Below, piece after piece: positions 1-7,974 of a stretch of DNA of 13,121 nucleotides (position 1 is the stretch's first letter; each line of letters begins with the position of its first letter). The stretch is from Campylobacterota bacterium. GTDB taxonomy: Bacteria > Campylobacterota > Campylobacteria > Campylobacterales > Sulfurovaceae. The position numbers and the translations under genes are program-made. The stretch is from contig JAYEOM010000074.1 of NCBI GenBank assembly GCA_034722955.1, positions 1 to 13,121 on the forward strand, written 5' to 3'. Under the pieces are notes generated by a model. That model did not search any database and was not told the origin of the DNA. It was given only the letters and a program-made list of their open reading frames with translations.

Positions 1-103
1 AGCCTATTCCAGTGCTTCGCTCGTCCCAAGAAAAGGCAAGAAAGTAGAGGTGAATATACACTTTTACTCGCTCCAATCGTCCTGAGACCGTGAAAGAACT
101 CCC

Positions 104-133
104 TTAACCACCCCTTAAACAAGGGGTAGCTAA
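104..133 (-). other. 13-bp RNA hairpin in a putative leader or small RNA
   Basis: Minus strand reads TTAGCTACCCCTT-GTTT-AAGGGGTGGTTAA: 13 pairs including two G.U pairs, which are C/A mismatches on the plus strand. Confidence 0.6.
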
Positions 134-151
134 CCTACCAAAAACCTCAAA

Positions 152-160
152 ATTATACCA
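152..160 (-). promoter_or_regulatory. Extended -10 sigma70 promoter firing toward the left edge
   Basis: Plus ATTATACCA = minus TG-G-TATAAT, a perfect TGnTATAAT. Confidence 0.6.
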
Positions 161-279
161 AATATTCACCAACCCAACACCATAAAAACGCTATAATATG
201 AGGACAATAGGACAATAGGGGTCAGGTGATGCTAATGCTACTCTAATCGAAACAATGATACCATTCCAAAACCTTAGGG

Positions 280-339
280 GCAGAACACAAACCACAAATA
301 AAATAGAGATATGTAGTGATGCCCAACACCACACCTCAC
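280..339 (+). pseudogene. Possible heavily decayed REP-associated tyrosine transposase (RAYT) fragment
   Basis: One frame reads AEHKPQIK*RYVVMPNTTPH (YVVMPN at 310-327), resembling the RAYT segment H-x-P-x-I-x-L-D-x-(Y/F)-V-V-M-P-N-H-x-H, with a stop and indels. Short match only. Confidence 0.3.
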
Positions 340-375
340 CACCAACCCCAAAGCAAAAACAAGCTAAAATAAAAA

Positions 376-1329
376 ATGTCACATAACCCAAAACTTATAA
401 ATAACCAAACCAATATAAACATAAGTAAAACTACAACAGAAAACTACCAACCCTACACCTACGACAAAAACAATCTCACCTCTACCATCAACCCTAAAGG
501 AGAGACTACAACATACAGCTATGATGATATTAACCGTCTCACCACTACCACCTATGCCAATGGCAACACCATAAACTATAGCTATGATAAAAATGGCAAT
601 ATAATAACCCTCACTACCCCTACACCAACTGATCACGCCTTTGCATACAATGGTGTCAACAAAAACACAAGCTACACTTCACCACTACAAAAAGCTACAA
701 CATATAGCTATGACAAACAAAGAAGAGTCACGAAAGTAACCAAACCAAGCTCCAAAGCTATAGAGTACACCTATACAGATGGCAAGCTCTCACAACTCTC
801 TACCCCTGAGGGTAACACAGACTATGACTATAGCTGTCTAAGCAACCTAGCCTCTATCACCAAAGCAGACGAATCTCTCAATTTCACCTATGATGGCTCA
901 CTGCTTACAAAGCTAGACTATGATGGAGTAGTAGACCAAACTATCTCTTATACATATAATGATAACTTCCAAGTAGACTCTATCACCTATGCAAACAAAC
1001 AACAAAGCATCACATACAATCAAGATAGCCAACCCACAGCCATAGGTGACTACACAATCCAAAGAAGCAACAAAGATAGAGTCACTACTATCAAAGACTC
1101 TACAAACCCAAGCTATCATCAAAGCACTACTAGCAATAGATACGGTGAGCTAAGCTCCATAAGTGATAATCTCCTCTCTATCAATCTCACGAGAGACAAA
1201 GCAGGACAGATCACTAAAAAAGTAGAGAAGCTCAAAAACAAAAAAAGCAAATATAGATATAGCTATGACAATATAGGCAGACTTATAGAGGCAAAACTGG
1301 GTAACAAAACTATAGAAGAGTATAGCTAG
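376..1329 (+). pseudogene. YD-repeat (Rhs/teneurin-like) protein fragment, truncated at both ends
   Basis: Repeated YxYD-x-x-G/N-R/N-L units (YTYDKNNL, YSYDDINRL, YSYDKNGNI, YSYDKQRRV, YSYDNIGRL). No SD before ATG 376; repeat pattern starts near 454. Ends mid-repeat (EEYS-stop) with no Rhs core DPxG motif or toxin domain. Confidence 0.85.
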
Positions 1330-1330
1330 A

Positions 1331-1354
1331 ATTTTAGTACCAGGTGACTAAAAT
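1331..1354. repeat. Inverted repeat immediately after the Rhs truncation point
   Basis: ATTTTAGT-accaggtg-ACTAAAAT, perfect 8-bp arms. Confidence 0.6.
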
Positions 1355-1371
1355 AAATTTTCATAACTATT

Positions 1372-1550
1372 ATGTTTACCCATCAAGCACTATCTAGCCT
1401 ATTTATGCAAGCCATAGGTAAAAAATTTGAAAGATTATAAAAGTTGTATGGTAGTCTCTGAAATGGACTACAAGGTGGCAGATGATACTATCTTGCGTCC
1501 TGATATTGCATTGGTTTGTGGACAAACAACAGGTTCTTATATCAAAAAAA
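1372..1550 (+). pseudogene. Uma2-family (PD-(D/E)xK) endonuclease remnant
   Basis: MFTHQALSSLFMQAIGKK, then after a 1-nt shift near 1426 LKDYKSCMVVSEMDYKVADDTILRPDIALVCGQTTGSYIKK. Fits the Uma2 pattern HQ...D(W/Y)K..DDT.(L/V)RPD..V.C...YI.K. The N-terminus and the EILS motif are missing. Confidence 0.75.
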
Positions 1551-1566
1551 GTAGCTACCCAATACC

Positions 1567-1588
1567 AAAAAGACCAGGACTTGATCTT
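1567..1588 (-). terminator. Possible intrinsic terminator for exbBD
   Basis: Minus AAGATCA-agtcc-TGGTCTT followed by TTT, about 20 nt after the exbD stop. Weak stem. Confidence 0.4.
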
Positions 1589-1608
1589 GATGGGTTCTCT
1601 ACTTAAAG

Positions 1609-1983
1609 TTACTTCGTAATAATTGAGAGGTTTTTAAATCCCTTCTCTTTTAATATATCTATAATAGAGACAAACTTTTGGAACTCTGTTTTTTGATCAG
1701 TCTGTAGAGAGATGATATCCTTTTTAGGATCTAGTTTTTTCAGTTTCTCTTCCAGATTCTTAAGGCTAAGAGGGATTTTTTCATAGTAGTATTCCCCTTT
1801 TTTGTCTATAGAGATCATGATCGCTTTCTTCTTTGTGACTGCTTTGGAACTGGCAGTGGGTAGATCAACATCTACAGACTTTTTGCTGATGAACGAAGCT
1901 GTAGCCAGCACTATAACTAGAAGAACCAAAACTATATCTATGAATGGGACGACATTGATCTTGTCAAATCGTTCTCGTCTCAT
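1609..1983 (-). CDS. exbD: TonB-system biopolymer transport protein ExbD
   Basis: INVVPFIDIVLVLLVI membrane segment with the conserved Asp, VDLP motif; ATGA overlap with exbB. Confidence 0.93.
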   Translation of the reverse strand: MRRERFDKINVVPFIDIVLVLLVIVLATASFISKKSVDVDLPTASSKAVTKKKAIMISIDKKGEYYYEKIPLSLKNLEEKLKKLDPKKDIISLQTDQKTEFQKFVSIIDILKEKGFKNLSIITK

Positions 1984-2459
1984 ACTTCTCTCTCTGCTCT
2001 CTCTATCTCTAGTTTCTCATCTCTCTTCTCATCTTGCAAGATTTCCCACTCTGCTATGAGTCTATCAACTTTACCGAGCAGGGCATTGTATATCACAGTA
2101 GCAGGTATGGCAACTACGAGACCAGCGGCTGTCGCTTTGAGTGCAAGAGCCAAGTGTTTCATAATTTCACCGGTATCTACATCATTCTGTTTATCTCCGA
2201 TGATATAGAAGGTCAATATGATCGCTAGTACTGTACCTAGCAGTCCGATATATGGAGCATTGCTTCCTACTGTTGCGATCGTGCCGAGCTTTCTAGTGAG
2301 ATCAAGCTCTAGAGCGAGTTTGTGTCTGTATCTTGAGAGTCTCACTGAACGATAAAATAGAACTCTTTCGATAGCGAAAGCGAAAGTCATGATACTCATC
2401 AATGCGAGAAGACCTATGATCCCATAGTCTACGATATTTTTTATTTGATCTATTGGCAA
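1980..2459 (-). CDS. exbB: TonB-system energizer ExbB (short form)
   Basis: [16 protein letters not shown] and [17 protein letters not shown]otA/TolQ/ExbB motifs; TTG start with AGGA 7 nt upstream. Confidence 0.93.
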   Translation of the reverse strand: MPIDQIKNIVDYGIIGLLALMSIMTFAFAIERVLFYRSVRLSRYRHKLALELDLTRKLGTIATVGSNAPYIGLLGTVLAIILTFYIIGDKQNDVDTGEIMKHLALALKATAAGLVVAIPATVIYNALLGKVDRLIAEWEILQDEKRDEKLEIERAEREV

Positions 2460-2485
2460 AAGTTTTTCCTATTTTATTTTATGAA

Positions 2486-2491
2486 ATTATA
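2486..2491 (-). promoter_or_regulatory. -10 box for exbBD
   Basis: Minus-strand TATAAT just upstream of the exbB RBS. Confidence 0.5.
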
Positions 2492-2577
2492 CTAAAAATT
2501 TGTGAAAAAATGTTTATCTATCCTCTCTACCCATATGACCAATACTCTATAGCAGGCACACATAAGCGATCCTTGGA

Positions 2578-2583
2578 TATAAT
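2578..2583 (+). promoter_or_regulatory. -10 box for gyrA operon
   Basis: TATAAT about 50 nt upstream of the gyrA ATG. Confidence 0.5.
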
Positions 2584-2635
2584 ATCTTCTATTTTTTGGG
2601 TCATTTATCTGTCCCATAACCCATCAAGGAGTGAT

Positions 2636-5104
2636 ATGAGCGATCTGTTTAAAGAGAGTGAAAATATAGAAGAGGTTCTGATAGAAGATAGTATCAAGAG
2701 AAGTTATCTCGACTACTCTATGAGTGTTATCATCGGTCGTGCTCTTCCTGATGCGAGAGATGGGCTCAAACCAGTTCACCGGAGAATCCTCTATGCAATG
2801 AGTGAACTCAATCTATCACACCGTAGCCCTTATAAAAAATCAGCCCGTATTGTCGGTGATGTTATCGGTAAGTATCACCCTCATGGCGATACAGCAGTTT
2901 ATGATGCTCTTGTGCGTATGGCACAAGACTTCTCTATGAGAGAACCTCTTATCGATGGTCAGGGTAACTTCGGTTCTGTTGATGGGGATAATGCAGCAGC
3001 TATGCGTTATACAGAGGCGAGAATGACGAAGATCTCTGAGGAGCTTCTGCGTGATCTAGACAAAGATACGGTGGATTTTGTACCTAACTATGATGATAGT
3101 ATGAGTGAACCGGATGTCCTGCCAAGTCGTGTCCCAAATCTCCTGCTCAATGGTAGCTCCGGTATCGCTGTGGGTATGGCGACCAATATTCCTCCGCATA
3201 GATTGGATGAGTTGATCGAAGCTCTGTTGATCCGTATCGACAACCCAAGCTCTACTGTCGAAGATCTGATGGGTGCGATCAAGGGACCGGACTTTCCTAC
3301 TGCCGGTGTGATTTTTGGTCGCAAAGGTATCACCGATGCATATACTACAGGTAGAGGTCGTATAAAAGTACGAGCCAAGACACATATAGAAGAGAAGGGG
3401 GGCAGAGAGGTTATTGTCATTGATGAACTCCCATATATGGTCAACAAATCCCGTCTGATAGAAAATATAGCACAACTAGTACGAGAGAAGCATATAGAGG
3501 GTATCTCTGAGATCAGAGATGAGTCTGACCGTGAGGGTATCCGTGTCGTTATGGAGCTCAAGCGAGATACAATGAGTGATATAGTTCTCAATAATCTCTT
3601 CAAGTCAACTCAGATGCAGACTACTTTCGGGATCATTATGTTGGCTATCATCAACAAGGAGCCTAAAGTTTTCACTCTGATGGAGCTACTAGATCTCTTC
3701 CTAAATCACAGAAAAACAGTTATCATCAGAAGAACTATTTTTGATCTGGAAAAAGCAAGAGCAAGAGCCCATGTATTAGAGGGTTTGAAGATCGCTATTG
3801 ACAATATAGATGAAGTGATCAGGATCATCCGCGAGAGTGAAGATAGCGAGAGTGCCAAAGCTGCACTGAGAGTCAACTTCAGTCTCTCTGAGATCCAAGC
3901 CGCTGCCATACTAGAGATGAGACTCAGACGACTTGTAGGGCTAGAGCGTGAAAAGATCGAAGCAGAGCTTGCTGAGCTACGAAAAACTATCGCCTATCTT
4001 GAGAGTATTCTTCAGAGTGAAGATATGATCAACAGCATCATCCGTGAAGAGCTGGTAGAGATAGGTGCATCATTTACAAGCAAACGACGCACTGAGATCG
4101 TAGATGACTATGATGATATAGATATAGAAGATCTCATACCTAATGAGCCGATGGTTGTGACTATCACACATAGAGGATATATAAAGCGTGTACCTGTCAA
4201 GCTGTATGAGAAGCAGCATCGCGGAGGAAAAGGCAAAATCGCCGTGACCACTTATGATGATGACTTTATCGAGAGATTTTTTATCTCCAATACACACGAT
4301 ACGCTCATGTTTGTGACCAATAGAGGACAGCTATATTGGCTCAAAGTCTATCGTATACCAGAGGGGAGTCGTACAGCCAAAGGAAAAGCAGTCGTCAACC
4401 TGATCAATCTACAGGCAGATGAAAAGATCACCGCTATCATCCCGACAACTGATTTCAATGATGACAAAGGATTGGTATTTTTCACAAAAAATGGTATCGT
4501 CAAACGAACAAACCTAAGTGAATACTCCAATATCAGAAGCAATGGTGTCCGAGCTATAAACTTGGATGAAAATGATGAGTTGGTAGAGTCCAAAATCGTA
4601 AAACCTGAAACAAAGTGGCTCTTTGTAGCGACCAAAAAAGGTCTCTGTATACGATTTAAGGTAGAAGATGCCAGAGAGATTGGTCGTGTAGCTCGTGGAG
4701 TTACTGCGATCAAGTTCAAGATCGAGGATGATTTTGTTTGTGGTGCCACTACTATCGAAGATGAAGAGGATGAGATCTTGATGATCAGCGAAAAGGGTCT
4801 AGGTAAACGAACCACTGCCCTAGAGTATCGAGAACAAAATAGAGCCGGCAAGGGTGTCATCTCTATGAAGCTTACTCCAAAGACAGGTGATGTTATCGGT
4901 GTTGTTTTTGTCGAAGATGACAAAGACTTGATGTGTCTGACGAGTATAGGAAAAATGATCCGCATAGATATGGATACGATCCGAAAAGCAGGACGCAACA
5001 CTTCAGGTGTCAAAGTTGTAAATGTAGATAAGAAAGATACAGTTGTCAGTGTTGCAAAATGCCCCAAAGAAGAGAGTGAAAAATCTTCTGACGATAGTGA
5101 ATAA
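2636..5104 (+). CDS. gyrA: DNA gyrase subunit A (822 aa)
   Basis: [26 protein letters not shown], catalytic AAMRYTEAR, GyrA-box QHRGGKG, C-terminal pinwheel repeats. Start placed at ATG 2636 after AAGGAG, not at 2453. Confidence 0.98.
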   Translation: MSDLFKESENIEEVLIEDSIKRSYLDYSMSVIIGRALPDARDGLKPVHRRILYAMSELNLSHRSPYKKSARIVGDVIGKYHPHGDTAVYDALVRMAQDFSMREPLIDGQGNFGSVDGDNAAAMRYTEARMTKISEELLRDLDKDTVDFVPNYDDSMSEPDVLPSRVPNLLLNGSSGIAVGMATNIPPHRLDELIEALLIRIDNPSSTVEDLMGAIKGPDFPTAGVIFGRKGITDAYTTGRGRIKVRAKTHIEEKGGREVIVIDELPYMVNKSRLIENIAQLVREKHIEGISEIRDESDREGIRVVMELKRDTMSDIVLNNLFKSTQMQTTFGIIMLAIINKEPKVFTLMELLDLFLNHRKTVIIRRTIFDLEKARARAHVLEGLKIAIDNIDEVIRIIRESEDSESAKAALRVNFSLSEIQAAAILEMRLRRLVGLEREKIEAELAELRKTIAYLESILQSEDMINSIIREELVEIGASFTSKRRTEIVDDYDDIDIEDLIPNEPMVVTITHRGYIKRVPVKLYEKQHRGGKGKIAVTTYDDDFIERFFISNTHDTLMFVTNRGQLYWLKVYRIPEGSRTAKGKAVVNLINLQADEKITAIIPTTDFNDDKGLVFFTKNGIVKRTNLSEYSNIRSNGVRAINLDENDELVESKIVKPETKWLFVATKKGLCIRFKVEDAREIGRVARGVTAIKFKIEDDFVCGATTIEDEEDEILMISEKGLGKRTTALEYREQNRAGKGVISMKLTPKTGDVIGVVFVEDDKDLMCLTSIGKMIRIDMDTIRKAGRNTSGVKVVNVDKKDTVVSVAKCPKEESEKSSDDSE

Positions 5105-5125
5105 AATAAATTTAAGGAAGTTTGT

Positions 5126-6157
5126 ATGAGTAGATATAATGTTGCAGTTATTGGTGCAACAGGTGCTGTAGGAGAGGAGCTTTTCAGAGTGATGGAGGAG
5201 TTGGATTTTCCAGTTGGGGAGATACTCCCTTTGGCAAGTGCCAGATCAGCTGGAGATCAGATCGAGTTCAAAGGCAAGAGCTATCGCATCGAAGAGTTGA
5301 CGGAGAGTGTTTTTGAAAGGAGAGATATAGATATCGCTTTCTTCTCTGCTGGAGGCAGTATCTCTGCAAAATATGCAAAATATGCCGTGGAAGCAGGTGC
5401 TGTTGTCATAGACAATACAAGTCACTTTAGGATGGATCCTCATGTACCACTGGTAGTACCTGAGGTCAATCCAAACGATATCGCACTCTGGAAAGAGACG
5501 GGTATCATCGCCAATCCCAACTGCTCAACGATCCAGATGGTTCAACTCCTCAAACCGCTGCATGACCTCTATGGGATCAAGCGTGTTGATGTGAGTACTT
5601 ATCAAGCGGCAAGCGGAGCAGGCAAAGAGGGTATGGAGGAGCTGGTCAAGCAGATGCAGGCATTTTTTGCATTCAAGCTTGATGAGTACAAGGCGGAGGC
5701 TTTTGTTCATCAGATCGCACTCAATGTTATCCCTCATATCGATGTCCCTCAGCCTAACGGCTATACAAAAGAGGAGATGAAGATGATCAATGAGACGAAC
5801 AAGATCATGCATAGTGATTTTGCCGTCTCTGCCACTTGTGTCCGCGTACCTGTACTGAGAAGTCATAGTGAATCGATCACGATTACCTTTGAAGATGGTG
5901 TTGATGTGGATGCAGATAGAGCTAGAGAGGTGTTGGCTAACTTTGAAAATGTTGAACTTATAGATGATATAGAGAACAATGAATATCCAATGCCTATAAC
6001 CTCTACAGATACTGATCTGACTTTTGTAGGACGGATTCGTAAAGATATCTATGCTGATAATATATTGCACATATGGGGTGTGGCAGACCAGATACGAGTT
6101 GGTGCTGCGACAAACTCTATAAGAATTGCACAAAAATGGATAGAGCAGGAGTATTGA
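5126..6157 (+). CDS. asd: Aspartate-semialdehyde dehydrogenase
   Basis: GATGAVG nucleotide-binding loop, IIANPNCSTIQM catalytic Cys, CVRVPVLRSHS; AAGGA RBS. Confidence 0.97.
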   Translation: MSRYNVAVIGATGAVGEELFRVMEELDFPVGEILPLASARSAGDQIEFKGKSYRIEELTESVFERRDIDIAFFSAGGSISAKYAKYAVEAGAVVIDNTSHFRMDPHVPLVVPEVNPNDIALWKETGIIANPNCSTIQMVQLLKPLHDLYGIKRVDVSTYQAASGAGKEGMEELVKQMQAFFAFKLDEYKAEAFVHQIALNVIPHIDVPQPNGYTKEEMKMINETNKIMHSDFAVSATCVRVPVLRSHSESITITFEDGVDVDADRAREVLANFENVELIDDIENNEYPMPITSTDTDLTFVGRIRKDIYADNILHIWGVADQIRVGAATNSIRIAQKWIEQEY

Positions 6158-6663
6158 TGTTAGAACAAATTTTTGAAGGTGCCATTTGGCGAAGTCGTTT
6201 TATAGTTATCTTGGCGGTTATTTTTGGATTGTTGGGTGCTGTTGTACTTTTTATTGTAGCATCACTTGATATTTGGCATGTAACCACTTTTACTTTCAGC
6301 ACTATTTTTGCTGGTGAGCATCCTGAAAACTTCCATGGTGATATTGTTGCAGGCATTATCGGGGCTGTTGACCTCTATCTGATAGCGGTTGTTATGTTTA
6401 TCTTCTCTTTTGGTCTCTATGAGCTCTTTATCTCTGACATTGAAGAGGCTGACGGTAAAAATGGCAGCAAACTACTCGCTATCCACTCACTCGACCAACT
6501 CAAAGACAAGATAGCCAAAGTCATAGTCATGGTCCTAGTGGTCAACTTCTTTCAACGCGTTTTACACACGAGCTTTGCGACACCACTAGAGATGCTCTAC
6601 TTCGCCCTCTCTATCGCTGCCCTTGCGATCGGTCTTTACTTCTTGGGTAAAGTAGGTAAATAG
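6157..6663 (+). CDS. YqhA/UPF0114-family inner membrane protein (168 aa)
   Basis: Four hydrophobic segments, VDLYL...FGLYELFIS and SLDQLKDKI motifs; ATG 6157 overlaps the asd stop (TGATG). Confidence 0.88.
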   Translation: MLEQIFEGAIWRSRFIVILAVIFGLLGAVVLFIVASLDIWHVTTFTFSTIFAGEHPENFHGDIVAGIIGAVDLYLIAVVMFIFSFGLYELFISDIEEADGKNGSKLLAIHSLDQLKDKIAKVIVMVLVVNFFQRVLHTSFATPLEMLYFALSIAALAIGLYFLGKVGK

Positions 6664-6674
6664 CAGATAGCAAG

Positions 6675-6697
6675 CTACCTCATACGGGTAGAGGTAG
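6675..6697. other. Hairpin just after the yqhA stop
   Basis: CTACCTC-atacgggta-GAGGTAG, 7-bp perfect arms; no clear U-tract on either strand. Confidence 0.5.
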
Positions 6698-6716
6698 TGG
6701 CATCAAACGAGTCTTG

Positions 6717-6745
6717 AGTATCAATCCTGATGTAGAGTTTGTCAA
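6717..6745 (-). promoter_or_regulatory. Candidate sigma70 promoter antisense to yqhA
   Basis: Minus TTGACA (6745-6740), 17-nt spacer, GATACT (6722-6717). Confidence 0.4.
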
Positions 6746-6758
6746 TGATATTGATAAT

Positions 6759-6804
6759 GAGGAGTTTAAATGTATTATTGCAAGAGCAATAAACTCCTCT
6801 TTTT
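6759..6804 (+). terminator. Bulged hairpin with U-tract; possible terminator or attenuator between yqhA and hemE
   Basis: GAGGAGT/ACTCCTC outer stem, TTATTGC-aaga-GCAATAA inner stem, then TTTTT. Confidence 0.5.
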
Positions 6805-6879
6805 AATCTTTTTAGAGTAATATATTCTTTTTGATAAATAATCACACTTAATAGACTTAAGTTAAAGGAACGCGATAAT

Positions 6880-7926
6880 ATGAGCAGTAAAATATTTGTA
6901 GACGCTTGTCTAGGCAAAGAGACACCCTATACTCCCGTATGGATGATGAGACAAGCAGGACGGTACCTCCCTGAGTATATGGCAGTACGAGAAGAGGCAG
7001 GTAACTTTCTCAATCTATGTCACGACCCTGAAAAAGCAGCAGAAGTTACTATTCAGCCACTAGATATCGTTGGTGTAGATGCAGCTATACTCTTTTCTGA
7101 TATCTTGGTCATTCCTGATGAGATGGGCATGGATCTGGAGTTTATCAAAGGATTTGGACCAAAGTTTAACGACCCGCTAGAGTCACAAGCAGACTTGGAT
7201 AGACTGATAGGCGGAGATGAAGCGGCTAGCAAGCTCACTTATGTTTTTGATACGATCAAGCTTTTGAGAGAGCAACTAGATGAGCGAGGTGACAATAAAG
7301 CACTGATCGGTTTTACTGGTGCACCTTGGACTCTGGCTACATATATGATAGAGGGGCAAGGCACCAAGACTTATAACCTCTGCAAAAAGATGATGTATAG
7401 TGATCCTGAACTTCTGCACAATATTTTGGCAAAAGTCACCGAGGTTGTCAAACTCTATATGGAGAAGCAGATCCAAGCTGGTATCGATGTCGTACAGATA
7501 TTTGACTCTTGGGCAGCGGCGATAGAGCCATCCAAATATGATGAGTTTTCGTGGAAGTATATGGTTGAGATAGCTGACTACCTCAAATCAAAATATCCTA
7601 ATATACCTATCATCATGTTCCCCAAAGGCATCCCAGCATTCTTAGACCAAGTTTATGGTAACTTTGATGTATTTGGTGTGGATTGGTCTACTCCAATGGA
7701 GCTAGCCAAAGAGAGACTAGGTGACAAGTATGTCCTCCAAGGCAACATGGAGCCATGTAGACTCTACAGTCAAGAGGCGACGAAAGAGAGTGTAGAGTCT
7801 CTAGCAGAGACGATGAAAGATGGTAGACATATCTTTAATCTAGGGCACGGTATCCTCCCGGATGTCCCAGTAGAAAATGCAAAATATTTTGTTAAACTTT
7901 GTCAAGAGGTATCAAAAAGAGGTTGA
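6880..7926 (+). CDS. hemE: Uroporphyrinogen decarboxylase
   Basis: [37 protein letters not shown] and FNLGHGILP motifs. Confidence 0.98.
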   Translation: MSSKIFVDACLGKETPYTPVWMMRQAGRYLPEYMAVREEAGNFLNLCHDPEKAAEVTIQPLDIVGVDAAILFSDILVIPDEMGMDLEFIKGFGPKFNDPLESQADLDRLIGGDEAASKLTYVFDTIKLLREQLDERGDNKALIGFTGAPWTLATYMIEGQGTKTYNLCKKMMYSDPELLHNILAKVTEVVKLYMEKQIQAGIDVVQIFDSWAAAIEPSKYDEFSWKYMVEIADYLKSKYPNIPIIMFPKGIPAFLDQVYGNFDVFGVDWSTPMELAKERLGDKYVLQGNMEPCRLYSQEATKESVESLAETMKDGRHIFNLGHGILPDVPVENAKYFVKLCQEVSKRG

Positions 7927-7935
7927 CTTGTATCG

Positions 7936-7960
7936 GCATGAGAGAGAGTCTCATGCTTTA
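7936..7960 (+). terminator. Hairpin/terminator between convergent hemE and the SOR gene
   Basis: GCATGAGA-gagag-TCTCATGC followed by TTTA, 9 nt after the hemE stop. Confidence 0.6.
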
Positions 7961-7974
7961 GATATGGGTTGTAC

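Noticed and set aside
191..1122. Hydrophobic minus-strand ORFs 191-391, 379-636 and 913-1122
   Set aside because: Shadows of the strongly A/C-rich plus strand; no recognisable motifs, and two lie antisense to the YD frame.
1356..1380. dif-like sequence AATTTTCATAA-cta-TTATGTTTACC
   Set aside because: The central spacer is 3 bp rather than 6, only one arm resembles a difH-type site, and the right half is explained as Uma2 coding sequence (MFT-HQ).
1985..2033. CT-rich microsatellite-like tract
   Set aside because: It encodes the charged ExbB tail [16 protein letters not shown] in frame; not a perfect repeat or contingency tract.
2453..2635. 61-aa N-terminal extension of GyrA in the ORF track
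   Set aside because: Covers the divergent promoter region; the RBS and GyrA-like sequence begin at ATG 2636.
2870..2910. Thr at the quinolone-resistance position (HGDTAVYD)
   Set aside because: Thr is the wild-type residue in Campylobacter GyrA (Thr86), so it is not a resistance allele.
6073..6156. Cys-rich N-terminal extension of YqhA
   Set aside because: Overlaps the asd 3' end; the coupled start at 6157 fits better.
3056..6356. Long antisense ORFs inside gyrA, asd and yqhA (for example 4348-5067 and 5525-6133)
   Set aside because: Typical reverse-frame shadows of conserved genes with no motifs.
6675..6917. 80-aa minus ORF across the yqhA-hemE spacer
   Set aside because: Overlaps the hemE start, no recognisable motif, low-complexity AT-driven composition.
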